A DNA stretch of 64,000 bases from Anaerolineae bacterium (GCA_046328505.1 JAXLWL010000003.1:466181-530180), one strand, 5' to 3'; positions 30,770-42,355 are shown, numbered from the stretch's first letter. Numbers and translations: made by a program. Notes: generated by a model not told the origin, from the letters alone.

Positions 30770-31801
30770 CTAGCGCGCGTCTACGACGTCGATATTCTCC
30801 TTGCCGCCGTAGAGTGTCCACCACGGCTTGGCGCCCTTGGCGAGCACTTCATTGAGCGCCTCGATGTTCGCAACCCCTCGATCCGCCAGCCACGCGACCA
30901 GGGCGTCGTAGCCCTGCTGCGCGTAGACCGGCACGCCGTCCTGCCACGTCGCCCGGCCGCACAGAACGCCCGAGAAATCCGTGCCGGCTTCGGCGGCCAG
31001 CTCGAGCGTCTCGCGGAAGATTTCGTCGGTCACACCCGCGCTCAGGTAGATGAACGGCTTGCGCGCCACGCTCGCCGCCTCGCGGAACAGGCGCATGGCG
31101 TCGGCGCGGTTGTACGCCGCCGTTCCGCCGAACGCCTGGGTTCCTTCGACGAACTTCATGTTGACCGGCACCTCGACCTTGAGAATGTCGACCCCGTAGC
31201 GGTCCTTCGAGAACTCCTCCATGATGCGGGTGACGTTCTCAGGCTTGCGCCGCGCCAACTCCAGGGCGTTACCATCCAGGTCGTCGTCGTAATACAGCGG
31301 CTCCAGGAAGAAAGGCACGTCGAGGGCCGCGCATTCCGCGCCGACTCGCTCGATGAACGCGTGCTTGATCGTCGTGACGCGCTCGTCGTCGCCGGGCTTG
31401 TAGTAGAGCAGAATCTTGATGGCGTCAGCGCCCGCCTCGACCAGGCGGCGCACGCTCCACTCCGACAGCAGGTCGGGCAGGCGCCCCTTCACCGCCGCGT
31501 CGTAGCCCGTCTTCTCATAGGCGAGCAGGACACCAGCATCGGGGTCCTTGAGCTCGAGCGCGGGCAGGCCGAATTCGGGGTCGATGAGGACGGCGCTGGC
31601 GTGAGGCGTCAGCACCTGGACGATGCCCTTCTTGAACTCGGTCAGGTCGTCCGGCGTGGCCTTCCCGTCGCTTCGCCCCTTTGCGATTGACTTCTGCAAA
31701 GAACCGCGCTGGTCGATGGCGGCCGCGGCGATCACGCCGCGCTCATCGGCACAGGCCGAGATACCGTTGAACTTTCCCTTAGTCATTTGGACGCGTGACA
31801 T
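30770..31801 (-). CDS. lacD: tagatose-1,6-bisphosphate aldolase, class I (LacD family)
   Basis: LLAYEKTGYD, LKVEVPVNMK, YLSAGV, GVLCGRATW match LacD; ATG 31801 with AAGGAG. Confidence 0.85.
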   Translation of the reverse strand: MSRVQMTKGKFNGISACADERGVIAAAAIDQRGSLQKSIAKGRSDGKATPDDLTEFKKGIVQVLTPHASAVLIDPEFGLPALELKDPDAGVLLAYEKTGYDAAVKGRLPDLLSEWSVRRLVEAGADAIKILLYYKPGDDERVTTIKHAFIERVGAECAALDVPFFLEPLYYDDDLDGNALELARRKPENVTRIMEEFSKDRYGVDILKVEVPVNMKFVEGTQAFGGTAAYNRADAMRLFREAASVARKPFIYLSAGVTDEIFRETLELAAEAGTDFSGVLCGRATWQDGVPVYAQQGYDALVAWLADRGVANIEALNEVLAKGAKPWWTLYGGKENIDVVDAR

Positions 31802-31839
31802 GAGTGTGTCTCCTTCGTGGTCATCCACTCAAATGACGG

Positions 31840-34320
31840 TTACAGAGTGATCGGCACAGGCTGAGTTTTCCAAATACCCTCACTATACTGTTGGACGGCG
31901 CGGTCAGCGGAGAAAAATCCGGTGCGGGCTGTGTTCAGGATGGACATGCGCGTCCAGCGCTCTGTATCCTGGTAGGCCAGCGTCGCCGCCTCCACAGCCT
32001 CGACGTAGGCAGCGTAGTCGGCCATGATGAAGTACTGATCGTGACTCAGCAGCGAGTCGATCAGCGGACGGAATACCTCTCGGTCGCCTCGCGAGAAGTA
32101 GCCGCTCGCGATCATGTCCACGACCTGGCGCAGCTCCGGGTCACGCTCATAGTACATCGCCGGGCGATAGCCCTGGCGCAGCAAGTGAAACACGTCCTCT
32201 GCGCGCAGCCCAAACAGGAAGAAGTTCTCCGGCCCGACAAGATCGCGAATCTCGATGTTCGCACCGTCCAGCGTGCCGACGGTGACCGCCCCATTCAGCG
32301 CAAACTTCATGTTCCCCGTGCCAGAGGCTTCCTTGCCCGCCAGGGAGATCTGCTCGGAGATGTCGGCAGCCGGGTAGATCTGCATCGCCGTCGAGACGTT
32401 GAAGTTGGGAACGAACACCACCTTCAGCCGATCCCCCACAGCCGGGTCATTGTTGATGACCTCGGCGATGGAGTTCAGCAGCTTGATGATGAGCTTCGCC
32501 ATGCGGTAGCCGGGCGCTGCCTTGGCCCCGAACACGAAGACGCGTGGGAAGACCTCTGCCGTCGGGTTAGCCTTGATCCGATTGTAGAGAGTGATGATGT
32601 GGAACGCCTTGAGGAGCTGACGCTTGTACTCGTGGAGCCGTTTGACCATCACATCCCACACGGCGTTCGGGTCAATCTCCAGCCCCAGGCCTTCTTTGGC
32701 CTTTTCCGCCGCGTCTCGCTTGTTCGCCTGCTTGACCTCGCGCCACTCCGCGCGGAACGTCGGGTCGTCGATGAACTGCTCCAGCTCGCGCAGGCGCTCA
32801 AGGCGGCCGAGCCAGTGCTCGCCGATTCGGTCATAGATGAGCGAAGACAGGCGCGGGTTCGCCAATCGAATGAACAGCCGCGGGTCGACGCCGTTGGTCT
32901 TGTTGTTGAACTTCCACGGCCAGAGCGTGTTGAAGTCGCGCAACACCAGGTCCCTCAGCAGCCCTGACTGCAGCGCCGAGACGCCGTTGATCGAGAAGCT
33001 CCCGACGCTGGCCAGGTACGCCATCCGCACGTGGGGCGCCGCGCCCGGGGTGACGATGGACATGCGCGCCGCGGCTGCATAGTCGCCGAGGACAGCGCAC
33101 GCCTGTTCGAGGAATCGCCGATTGATCTCGCGGATGATCTCCATGTGGCGCGGGAGCAGTTGTTCCAACAGGCTCGCGGGCCACTCCTCCAGCGCCTCGG
33201 GCAACAGGGTGTGGTTGGTGTAGGCGAAGGTGCGGCTTGTGATGCTCCAGGCCGTGTCCCAGTCGACATCGTACTCGTCGACGAGCAAGCGCATCAGCTC
33301 CGGGATGGCGATGGTAGGGTGGGTGTCGTTGAGCTGAATGGCGACCTTGTCCGGGAACAGATCCCAGTTCGCGCCGTTGCGGCGCATGAAGACGCGCACG
33401 ATGTCGGCCAGCGATGCCGCCACAAAGAAGTACTGCTGCTGGAGGCGCAGCAGCTTGCCCTGGGGGGTCGTGTCGTCCGGGTAGAGTACCTTTGTGATGT
33501 TCTCCGAGTGGACCTTGCCCTCGACCGCGCGCACGAAGTCGCCGGTGTTGAACACCTGGAGGTCGAAGGACGCTGTAGCGTGGGCGCTCCACAGGCGCAG
33601 CGAGTTGACCGTGTTGTTCTTGTACCCCGGCACCATCATGTTGTACGGTATCGCCTCGACACACCACGCCGGGCGCCAGTGCACTTTGAAGTCGCCGTAG
33701 CTCCCCCACTCCTTCTCGGTGTAGCCCCCGAAGCCGATCTCCACGCGCCGCTCCGGGCGCGGGAACGACCAGGGGTCGCCGCCCGCTGTCCAATCGTCTG
33801 GCCGCTCGACCTGCCAGCCATCCACGAATGTCTGGCGAAAGATGCCGTACTCGTAGCGAATACCGTAGCCGATGGCAGGCAGACCGAGCGTCGCCATGGA
33901 CGCCAGGTAGCACGCCGCCAGCCGCCCCAGGCCGCCGTTGCCGAGGCCCGGCTCGCGCTCCTGGCCCATCACGGCGTCGAGGTCGAGGCCTAGCTCGGTC
34001 ATAGCCTGGCGCGCCACGTCCATAAGGCCGATATTGAGCAGGTTGCTGGGAAGCTGCGGGCCTAGGAGATATTCAGCCGAGAGGTAGTAGACGAATTTGC
34101 AGTCGGTCTCATCGTAAGTCTGGAACGTTTGCAGCCAGCGCTGCATCAATCGGTCGCGCACGGTGTAGGCCAGGGCCAGATAGTGATCCATCGGCGTGGC
34201 GCGGGGCATGTCCTTGCCCTGGACGTAGTAGAGATTGTCCAAAAAAGCGCGCTTGAACGCATCGGCGGTCATGCCCGTGCGGGTATGAATATAGTTTTGT
34301 TGTGTCTGGATGTCCATCAT
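31840..34320 (-). CDS. glgP: glycogen/alpha-glucan phosphorylase
   Basis: 826 aa; classic GT35 phosphorylase motifs (EPGLGNGGLGRLAACYL..., PLP-site region). Confidence 0.9.
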   Translation of the reverse strand: MMDIQTQQNYIHTRTGMTADAFKRAFLDNLYYVQGKDMPRATPMDHYLALAYTVRDRLMQRWLQTFQTYDETDCKFVYYLSAEYLLGPQLPSNLLNIGLMDVARQAMTELGLDLDAVMGQEREPGLGNGGLGRLAACYLASMATLGLPAIGYGIRYEYGIFRQTFVDGWQVERPDDWTAGGDPWSFPRPERRVEIGFGGYTEKEWGSYGDFKVHWRPAWCVEAIPYNMMVPGYKNNTVNSLRLWSAHATASFDLQVFNTGDFVRAVEGKVHSENITKVLYPDDTTPQGKLLRLQQQYFFVAASLADIVRVFMRRNGANWDLFPDKVAIQLNDTHPTIAIPELMRLLVDEYDVDWDTAWSITSRTFAYTNHTLLPEALEEWPASLLEQLLPRHMEIIREINRRFLEQACAVLGDYAAAARMSIVTPGAAPHVRMAYLASVGSFSINGVSALQSGLLRDLVLRDFNTLWPWKFNNKTNGVDPRLFIRLANPRLSSLIYDRIGEHWLGRLERLRELEQFIDDPTFRAEWREVKQANKRDAAEKAKEGLGLEIDPNAVWDVMVKRLHEYKRQLLKAFHIITLYNRIKANPTAEVFPRVFVFGAKAAPGYRMAKLIIKLLNSIAEVINNDPAVGDRLKVVFVPNFNVSTAMQIYPAADISEQISLAGKEASGTGNMKFALNGAVTVGTLDGANIEIRDLVGPENFFLFGLRAEDVFHLLRQGYRPAMYYERDPELRQVVDMIASGYFSRGDREVFRPLIDSLLSHDQYFIMADYAAYVEAVEAATLAYQDTERWTRMSILNTARTGFFSADRAVQQYSEGIWKTQPVPITL

Positions 34321-35714
34321 TACACAACCTCTGGGGCAGCTCCATGGCCGAGCAGCTCCGTCTTGTCATCGGTGTGAAGCCAGAGCCTGAGCAAGACATA
34401 GCCAACGATACCGGCCACGAGCGATGCCACGAGAATGCCAAGTTTGGCTTCGTTGATAAGGTGCTCATCAGTGAAGGCCAGCTCGGTTACGAACAGGGAC
34501 ATGGTAAAGCCAATGCCAGCCAGCCAGCTCGCGCCGTAGAGAGTGCGCCAGTTTACGCCCTCAGGCAGTGACGCCCACCCCAGGCGCACGGTCAGCCAGC
34601 TGAACAACGTGACGCCAATCTGCTTGCCGAGCACCAGGCCCAGCAGCACGCCCATACCGATAGGATTGAGAATTGCGCTCAGGCCGCCGCCCTCCAAAGG
34701 CACGCCTGCGTTGAATAAGGCAAACAGTGGAATGACAAAGTACGCATTGAACGGATGGAGCGCGTGCTCGATGACGAGGCCCGGTGGCCGCATGTCCCGC
34801 GCCGCGTCGTGCAGCTCCATGATGAGCTCCATCTGCCGGTGGTCATGAATCATGCTCTCAGTCGTCAGCTCGGCGCCTTCGAGCTCCTGGAGCTTCTGGT
34901 AGCCTAGAACCAGGAACTTCTCTGGGTCCATGCGCGCGCGCACAGGAATGGTCAGGGCGATCAGGACGCCCGCCACGGTGGCGTGCACGCCGGACAGGTA
35001 CATCTCAAGCCAGACGCCGATACCAAGGACGATGTAAAGCGCGGCGCTTCGGACACCCAGGCGGTTTGCCACGAGCATGGCTACCAGCAAAAGCCCGGCG
35101 ATTTCCAATGAGGTGAAGCTCACCGAGGGTGTGTAGAAGAGAGCGATGACCAGCACAGCGCCCAGGTCGTCGGCGATCGCCAGCGCCGTCAGGAACACCT
35201 TGAGGCCCGGAACGACTCGCGCCCCCAGTAGCGCCAGGATGCCCAACGCGAAGGCAATGTCGGTCGCCATCGGGATGCCCCACCCGGCCTGGCCCGCGCC
35301 GCCGAAGTTGAAGACTGTATAGATGAGCGCGGGGATGAGCATGCCGCCGAGCGCCGCGACGACCGGCAGAATGGCCTTTCGGGGTGACGCCAGCTCACCC
35401 ACCAAGACCTCGCGCTTGATCTCCAGACCAACGACGAGGAAGAACAGCGTCATCAAGCCATCGTTGATCAGATGATGCAGCGAAAGGGTGAGCACATGCT
35501 CGCCCACCGATAGCGAAATGTCGGTATGGAGAATCTCGACGTAAAGATAGGCCCAGGGGGAGTTAGCCCATACGAGGGCGATAATCGCGGTAACGAGGAG
35601 AATGATGGCGCCAGTCGCCTCAGAGTGGGCAAACTCGCGGAACGGCTCGGTCAAGGCAAGCGGGGTGCGCAGAATGCGGCTGATCCTGCGCTCGGCCGGG
35701 AGCTGTCTGTCCAT
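34320..35714 (-). CDS. nhaA: Na+/H+ antiporter NhaA
   Basis: NhaA motifs (GIPMATDIAFALGILALLG, LTALAIADDLGAVLVIALFYT); stop TAA overlaps the glgP ATG by 1 nt (TAATG). Confidence 0.9.
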   Translation of the reverse strand: MDRQLPAERRISRILRTPLALTEPFREFAHSEATGAIILLVTAIIALVWANSPWAYLYVEILHTDISLSVGEHVLTLSLHHLINDGLMTLFFLVVGLEIKREVLVGELASPRKAILPVVAALGGMLIPALIYTVFNFGGAGQAGWGIPMATDIAFALGILALLGARVVPGLKVFLTALAIADDLGAVLVIALFYTPSVSFTSLEIAGLLLVAMLVANRLGVRSAALYIVLGIGVWLEMYLSGVHATVAGVLIALTIPVRARMDPEKFLVLGYQKLQELEGAELTTESMIHDHRQMELIMELHDAARDMRPPGLVIEHALHPFNAYFVIPLFALFNAGVPLEGGGLSAILNPIGMGVLLGLVLGKQIGVTLFSWLTVRLGWASLPEGVNWRTLYGASWLAGIGFTMSLFVTELAFTDEHLINEAKLGILVASLVAGIVGYVLLRLWLHTDDKTELLGHGAAPEVV

Positions 35715-35920
35715 AACATCAAGTACCTTGTGAGAATGCTGCGCCTGCGCTACCGGAAGTGAAGATTATCACAGGTTGGCGCGCGGCGCAAAGCAAAAAA
35801 GAGGCCGGGGAGCCGCGCGGCTTCATCAGCCACGCGCTCCCCGGCGCTCCCGTCTCGATCCGTCTCAACCGCTAACTTCCGAACCGGTGATTCTTCTCCT
35901 GCCGCTCCGTGAGCCGCCGA

Positions 35921-37723
35921 TCACGGAACGTTCAGCACCTGACCGACATAGATGGCATTCGGGTTGGCCAGGTTGTTGGCCCGCGCCAGGGCGTACACTG
36001 TCGTGTTGAAGCGCAGGGCGATAGCCGACAGCGTGTCCCCCGGCTTCACGATATAGGGCCTGCCACAGCATGGCGACGGCGGCTGCGGTGGCGCTGGATG
36101 GTCGCCTGGGCAGATGATCAGCGTCTGGCCGGCGCGGATCAGATGCGGGTTCGCCAGGTGGTTGGCGTCCACGATGGCCGCCACCGAGGTGCCGAAGCGC
36201 TGAGCCAGGCCGAGCACCGTATCGCCAGGCTGGACCACGTACGGTATGCACTGTGGGCCGGGCGGAGGCGGAGGACCGGGCTCGGGCGGGACTGGATTGC
36301 CGCTGCAGTCCGGGATGATGAGGGTCTGCCCCACCTTGATATGGTCGGGATCCGCTAGACCGTTCGCGTTCACGATCGCGGCTACCGTCGTGCCGTTGCG
36401 GAAGGCGATGGCCGACACGGTATCGCCAGGCCGGACGACGTAGGTGCACGTCGGGCCGCCGCCGCCACCGGGCGGAGGAGGCACGACCGTCGAGGTCGGC
36501 TCAGGGCCAGGGCCGGGGCCGCCGGTGGGCTCGGGAGTCGGCGTCTGGCCGCCACCACCGCTGCCGACGACCACATTGCCGTTGGTCTGCGTCGTGTCGA
36601 TCGCGCCCTGCTTGCTCGCCACCTGCACGGGGCCGAGTGTCAACGCACTCTGACCATTTGCCTTGCCCTTGGCGGTGAAGGTGAAAACCGTGCATGAACC
36701 GGTAACAGATGGCGCCGGCGCGATGCGGCTCGCCGCGACGCGAATGGTGCCCTGGGCGTTGTTGGCTTCATTGCGCACGACCTGCGACCCTGTCGGGAAG
36801 CAGTCGCCCAGCGCGACCTGGGTACCCGCCGCCGCCGCGTCCGCGTCCTGCACCTCGACCACCGACGGGTCAAAGGTCAGCGTGATATCGGCGCCGTACA
36901 TGTCGGTCACATTCTGGACCTTCACCGCGAAATTGCCGTTGCCGCCGACGGTGATGTTTGCGCTAGCTGGATCGACGAGCACAACTGCGGCTGCTGCCGC
37001 GGCTGCCCCACCGGCCGCGGGCGTTGCCTGAGCCTTTGGCGCTGCGGCTGTCGCTTGCGGAGCCGCGCCGGTTGCCTGGCCCTGAGGAGCTGCAGCCTGG
37101 GCCTGCGGGGTGGCGCCGGCGGCGCCGGCAGGAACCACCGCGACCGGGCCGGGCGTCTGGCCAAGGCCGGTGCTCGTCACCGGGATCGTCTCGTTCTGCG
37201 GCGTCGTCAGAATCGTGCTCAGGAAGCCGACGTTCACCGGGCCGGTTTCCTTGGCGTTGAAGGTGATGATCGCCAGGGGCCCCGAGCCTTGCGCGGGCTG
37301 CGCCGGGCTTAGCAAGGTGACGGCGTAGCTAATGCGCCCGGCCCCGTTGTCGGCCGAGTTCTGAGCCACGAAGCCCTTGCCGTTCGACGGGTCGAGGAAC
37401 TTGCCGACCTCGATCTGGGTGCCAGGCACGCCGGGGTTCGCGTCCACGACTTCCAATCGGGACGGGTCGAACTGAAGGCGAACGTCGGCGCCGAACAGGT
37501 CTTTGACGTTGTTCACCAAGACCTGAACCTTCACCTGATCGCCCTTGTTCGCCGTTGGCTTGTCCGCCGAGAGGGTGAGCGTCGCACCACTCGCCGCGGG
37601 CTGAGCCGTCGCCTGCTGTGCTGGCGCCGCCGATGCCGATTGCACGCCGCTCCGACCGCAGCCGGCGAGGGCGAGCATGACAACAGCGATCGCTGCCAGC
37701 ATGAGCCATTTGGAATACTTCAT
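35921..37723 (-). CDS. lipoprotein with two cohesin-like domains and three C-terminal LysM domains (peptidoglycan-anchored scaffold)
   Basis: ATG 37723 with GGAGGG; lipobox LALAGC; cohesin-like [16 protein letters not shown] / [15 protein letters not shown]; LysM repeats [13 protein letters not shown]..., [13 protein letters not shown]..., [13 protein letters not shown]... Confidence 0.8.
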   Translation of the reverse strand: MKYSKWLMLAAIAVVMLALAGCGRSGVQSASAAPAQQATAQPAASGATLTLSADKPTANKGDQVKVQVLVNNVKDLFGADVRLQFDPSRLEVVDANPGVPGTQIEVGKFLDPSNGKGFVAQNSADNGAGRISYAVTLLSPAQPAQGSGPLAIITFNAKETGPVNVGFLSTILTTPQNETIPVTSTGLGQTPGPVAVVPAGAAGATPQAQAAAPQGQATGAAPQATAAAPKAQATPAAGGAAAAAAAVVLVDPASANITVGGNGNFAVKVQNVTDMYGADITLTFDPSVVEVQDADAAAAGTQVALGDCFPTGSQVVRNEANNAQGTIRVAASRIAPAPSVTGSCTVFTFTAKGKANGQSALTLGPVQVASKQGAIDTTQTNGNVVVGSGGGGQTPTPEPTGGPGPGPEPTSTVVPPPPGGGGGPTCTYVVRPGDTVSAIAFRNGTTVAAIVNANGLADPDHIKVGQTLIIPDCSGNPVPPEPGPPPPPGPQCIPYVVQPGDTVLGLAQRFGTSVAAIVDANHLANPHLIRAGQTLIICPGDHPAPPQPPSPCCGRPYIVKPGDTLSAIALRFNTTVYALARANNLANPNAIYVGQVLNVP

Positions 37724-37857
37724 CGCCAATCCCTCCTTCGATAAGAATGAATCTGGAAGGACACAGATAAGTGCTGTTGGAGCCCAGGCGGCTCCGTCCA
37801 TCCCCCAGTACAATAAAAGCCTACGCATTACAACACGTAGCATCACGTAGCAATGTA

Positions 37858-37886
37858 ATAGTATCATATTCTTCGCATTCTGTCAA
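37858..37886 (-). promoter_or_regulatory. sigma70-like promoter for the cohesin/LysM lipoprotein gene
   Basis: minus strand TTGACA-17 nt-TACTAT in an AT-rich divergent intergenic region. Confidence 0.5.
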
Positions 37887-38189
37887 CCTCTTTGGCGCGG
37901 CATTTTCTTTCCAGGGCCGAAAATCGAGTCTTTTGCTGCTGCAGCGGTTGAGTTGGATGCGAATTAGGATGCTCGCCCATATCCTAAGGCAATCTGTCAA
38001 CGTATTGTATTTAGATGGTCACGCGGGATTACCTAGGGGGTACTTTCCTGGCGTCTATCTGCGTTTCGGATTTCCCGTCCTGTGTCTCAACCCTTGTGAG
38101 GCGCACCGGCAGCAACCAGGCTCGCCCGAGCGACGCCGGAAACGCTCACCCGCTGCGCTCCCCCCCCAACACCAAGGAGGATCAAGTCA

Positions 38190-41100
38190 TGCTCAAGCGT
38201 TTGCTGGTAGCGTTGACCAGTCTGTCGCTGCTCCTTGGAGCAGCCGTCATTGTCTGGCAAGCCAATCCAGCGAGAGCCCAGGGACAGGCGCGAACGACCT
38301 ACACTGCGTTTGCCCCCTTCATTGCAAAAGCTGCCTTTCCCAACGGCTCAAGCAGTAGTATTCAGCTCGGCATCACCACCTCCGTCGCCAGCAACGGTAA
38401 CATCAACTACCGCATCAAGATCACCAACCTGGCCGACACGGCCGTCACCGTTCTCCCTCTGGAGTTCGGCTACGACGCCTCAGTTCTGAAGTTCCTATCC
38501 GCGACACATACCCCCGACAGCCCGACGCCCGGCGCCCTACGCTGGAACAACCTGGCAGCCTTCTCGGACATTGGCCCGCTGGGCCCGGCCGGGTCAGCCA
38601 CGGCGTCCAAGAACTTCGACATCACGATGGGCACCGTCATCTGTCCGCAGGGCGGGATTGTCACCGTCAACGCCCTCGTCAGCGGCGCGATTGACAGCGC
38701 CAATCAAGTCATCCCGCCGGCCCAGGTATCCAGCGGCCAGCAGGTCTGTACCCCCCTGCAGATCACGAAGTCGCTGTTCAACCTGCCCACCGGTCAGGCC
38801 CTCGTCGGCGACCTGGTCACGTTCGACATCGTCGTGACCAACCCCAGCGTCAACAGCAACGCGCCGCCGGCGCTACAGAACGTCACCGGACCGATTGTCG
38901 TCGACCGCTTCAATCCCGATGTGCTCAAGTACAAGTCGGCAAGCATCGAGATGCAGCCGGGCAGCTTCACGCCCATCTCGGCGACCACGCCGATCACCGG
39001 CACGCCGGTCGGCACCGTCACGTTCCAGGACGCCCTGGCCAACACCACCCTCACACCGGGCCAGAGCCTGCGCCTCCACATCCTGTTTGAGGTCACAGCG
39101 TGCGGCTCGGCGGCCGGCACGACCAACGTCGGTGAGGTGGCGGCCATCGGCGCGACCGGCCTACCCGTTCGGGTCGGCTCCTCCAGCGCCAACCTGAACA
39201 TCATCTGCCCCAACATCCAGGTGACCAAGCGCATCCAGGCGCCGGCTCAGGGTGTCGTCGCCATCAACGAGAACATCACCTTTACCATCGCCGTTCAGGC
39301 CGTTGGCAACCAGGCCATTAACGTCGTTCCGATGGAGGATATCTTCGACCCCAACATCCTCCAGTACGTGAGCGCCGACCCCGCGCCCAGCGGCGTGCCG
39401 ATCGGCGGCAACGTCACCTGGGATGACCTGATCAAGGCCCGCGGTGGGGCGCTCCAGCCGGGTGAGACGTACACCGTCACCCTGCTGATGAAGGCCGTCG
39501 GCTGCCCGGTCGGCGGGCAAACGGCCAACCGCGCCCGCGTCGGCAACGGCATCGCCTCCGGCGGCGGCTACGGCTTCGGCGTCCCGCAGTCCTCGGACAC
39601 CGTGCCGGTCGACGTTGCCTGCCCGAAGGTGAACGTCGAGAAGCGCCTGGTCACGCCGCGCAGCGGCCTCATCCAGGAGCTTGGCTCGGACGCCACCTAC
39701 GAGGTCGTCGTCCGCAACACGGGCAACCTGCCCCTGGTCACCGTGCCGCTTACTGACACGTTCAACGCCAGCATTTTCGACCTGATCAGCACCTCCATCA
39801 CGCCGTCGACCAACAGCGGCGGGAAGCTGACCTGGAATAACCTGGCAGGCGGCTCGCCGCTCTTACCCGGCCAAAGCATCGCCATGATCATGGTGCTGCG
39901 GAATAAGGCCTGCCCGCCGGTGAACCAGATCACGTACACCAACTCGGCAGGCGTCTCGGGCGCTCTGGCGAGCTTCCGCAACGGCACTCTGCCCGTTCCG
40001 CCCAGCTTCTCCTCGGCCGACGTGGACGTAGTCTGCGCCCAGGTGAAGCTCACCAAGACGCTGGTGAGTCCGCCAGATAGAGTCGTCTCGCCGAACGTCG
40101 CCGGGCGCAGCACGCTGACGTTCCGCATCGACATCACCAACACGGGCAACATCACCGTCACCCGCCTGCCCCTGACCGACTCGTGGGACCCGGCGTATCT
40201 CGACTACAACCGCGCTGACCCAGCGCCCGACGAGATTATCTCCGGCAAGCTCACGTGGTCGAACCTGGCGGCGGCCGACCGCGGCGGGCCACTGCTGCCC
40301 GGCCAGCACCGCACGATTACGGTTCTCCTGCGGCCCATCGGCTGCCCGCCGAACCAGACCGTCTACAACGAGGCCGTCATCGACAACGCTCTCGCCATCG
40401 CGCAAGGCGCGGGTGTCCCGACGCCGCTGCCGAAGATCACGGCGTTCAGCGATGCGCGTATCGCGTGTCCGGCCGTCGCGGTTGAGAAGACCGTGGAGGT
40501 CCAGCCGAACTGCGACATCGTCGGCATCAACCAGAACGTCACCTTCGACATAATTGTTCGCAACACCGGCAACAGCACGCTGACGACGATCCCGCTGACG
40601 GACACCTACGAGTCCAACTATCTCCAGTTCCTCAGCGCGGATCCACAGCCGAACAGCAGCACCACGAGCGGAAGTGGACAAACCGCTAAGGGCTTACTAA
40701 GCTGGAACAACATAGCGGGCGCAGCGCCCAACGGCTTCGGCCGCGGCCTGCCGCCGGGCGAGAGCTTCAGCGTCAAGGTCACGTTCAAGACCCTGCGCAG
40801 CACCGGCGACATCCAGCGCTCACCGGCCCGCTACACCCTGAACTACGCCGGCGTCACGGGCGCCACCGACGAGTACGGCTTCGTCGCCAAGCCCGCCACG
40901 AGCGCACCGGCCCGCCTCCGCATCGCCCAGGCGGACCTGTACATCGAGATGACGCAGGAGACCCAGTACCCGACGGTCGATGTGAACCAGTCGGTAACGG
41001 ACACGTTCGGCATGGCGCCCTGGCCATCACAGATGAGTAACCAGGTGGTCGTGCCGGGTGAGCTGATCACCTACACCATCAAGTACGGCAACCGCGGCCC

Positions 41101-42139
41101 GTATGACGAAGCGCCCTTTGTCCGCATTCTGGACATCATCCCGGCCGGCACGCAGTATGTCGGCCATACCCAGGGCAACTGCGTCAACAGTGATATCCAG
41201 AACGGCTGCTTCATCGGGAGCCTCATCCCCGGTCAGAACGGCCAGTTCAAGATCACGATCCGCGTCCCGAACTTGAGCGAGTCCACCAACGGCGCGATCA
41301 AGCCGGGTGTGACCCTGGTCAACACCATCACCATCGACTCCGGCTTCTCGCCCAGCGGCCCGCAGTGCGGCGTCCCCGACTACTTCAACAGCGACAACGT
41401 CGCGAAGTGGTCGACGGACATCCTGAGCGACTTCGGCGACTCGCCGGTTGTCGCCCAGCCGCCGCTGCCCGGCTACGGCGCGGGTTCCACCGACACCTAC
41501 AACGGCAACTACATCCACGAGTGGCTCGGCCGCGCCGTCAGCGGCGAGCGCTCCGTCTCCGACGCCAAGGACCCCGATGGTGAGCCGAACGTCACCTCGA
41601 CGACCTTCAACGGCGACCACCAGGACGACGGCGTCTACTTCCGCAACCCGTGGGACACGAGCCTGCCGCAGACGCAGCGCGTCTACCGGCCCGGCGAGCT
41701 GGCCGTGACCGCCAAGGTCATCGTCTCGGCGCGCGACCCGCAGAGCAGCCGCTACGGCGCTGACCCCAGCAAGCAGATCTACATCAGCGCCTGGGCGGAC
41801 AACAACCGCAACGGCGTCTTCGGCGATGTGGGAGACATGCTGGTCTTCCAGTGGCACGGCTACCCCGGCAGCACCGACGACTACGGCAACATCTGGCCCG
41901 GCGACAAGAACAACGTCCTGCTCAACATCCCGATCCGTGTGCCGGGTGAGACCGGCTGGATGTTGGTGCGCGTCCGCATGAGCTACGGCGCGCCGCCGAC
42001 ACCAAACGGCCCGCTGGACTACGGCGAGACCGAGGACTACCTGATCGGCACGTTCCCCGGCTACGACTGGGACAACTACCTGCCGATCCCCGGCCTGCCG
42101 CAGCCGCGGCCGGCCTACCCGGCCGGCCTGACGCAGTAA
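38190..42139 (+). CDS. large secreted surface protein with multiple DUF11 (conserved repeat, TIGR01451-type) domains
   Basis: ATG 38190 with AAGGAGGA RBS; signal peptide; repeated ...V(V/I)(R/T)NTGN..L..(P)LTD(T/S)(F/W/Y) DUF11 signatures; C-terminus ...DNYLPIPGLPQPRPAYPAGLTQ. Confidence 0.85.
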
Positions 42140-42158
42140 CGCTGGCGGTCGTAGAGCT

Positions 42159-42213
42159 GTAGTAGCGACTTGAGTCGCTTCTCAGACAGAAGAACGACTG
42201 AAGTCGTCAGTAC
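42159..42213. repeat. family-2 palindromic element, degenerate copy
   Basis: gtagtagcgact ... agtcgtcagtac with internal hairpins agcgact-tga-gtcgct and acgact-gaa-gtcgt. Confidence 0.6.
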
Positions 42214-42238
42214 CCACGACAGAGTGCAGTGAACAACA

Positions 42239-42282
42239 TCGGCCTCTCCCCCGCGGAGAGGCCGATGTCATTTGCAGCGTTT
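42239..42282 (+). terminator. possible terminator after the DUF11 gene
   Basis: hairpin cggcctctc-ccccgcg-gagaggccg followed by atgtcatttgcagcgtttt. Confidence 0.4.
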
Positions 42283-42355
42283 TGACACACTCAGCGGATA
42301 ACTATACACTTCCGGCGGTACACTCCCTGACATGAACTAGAAACAGGGCAACGCA

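Noticed and set aside
32831-33913. 360-aa ORF inside glgP in another frame
   Set aside because: Entirely embedded in the well-supported glycogen phosphorylase frame; Arg/Pro-rich nonsense
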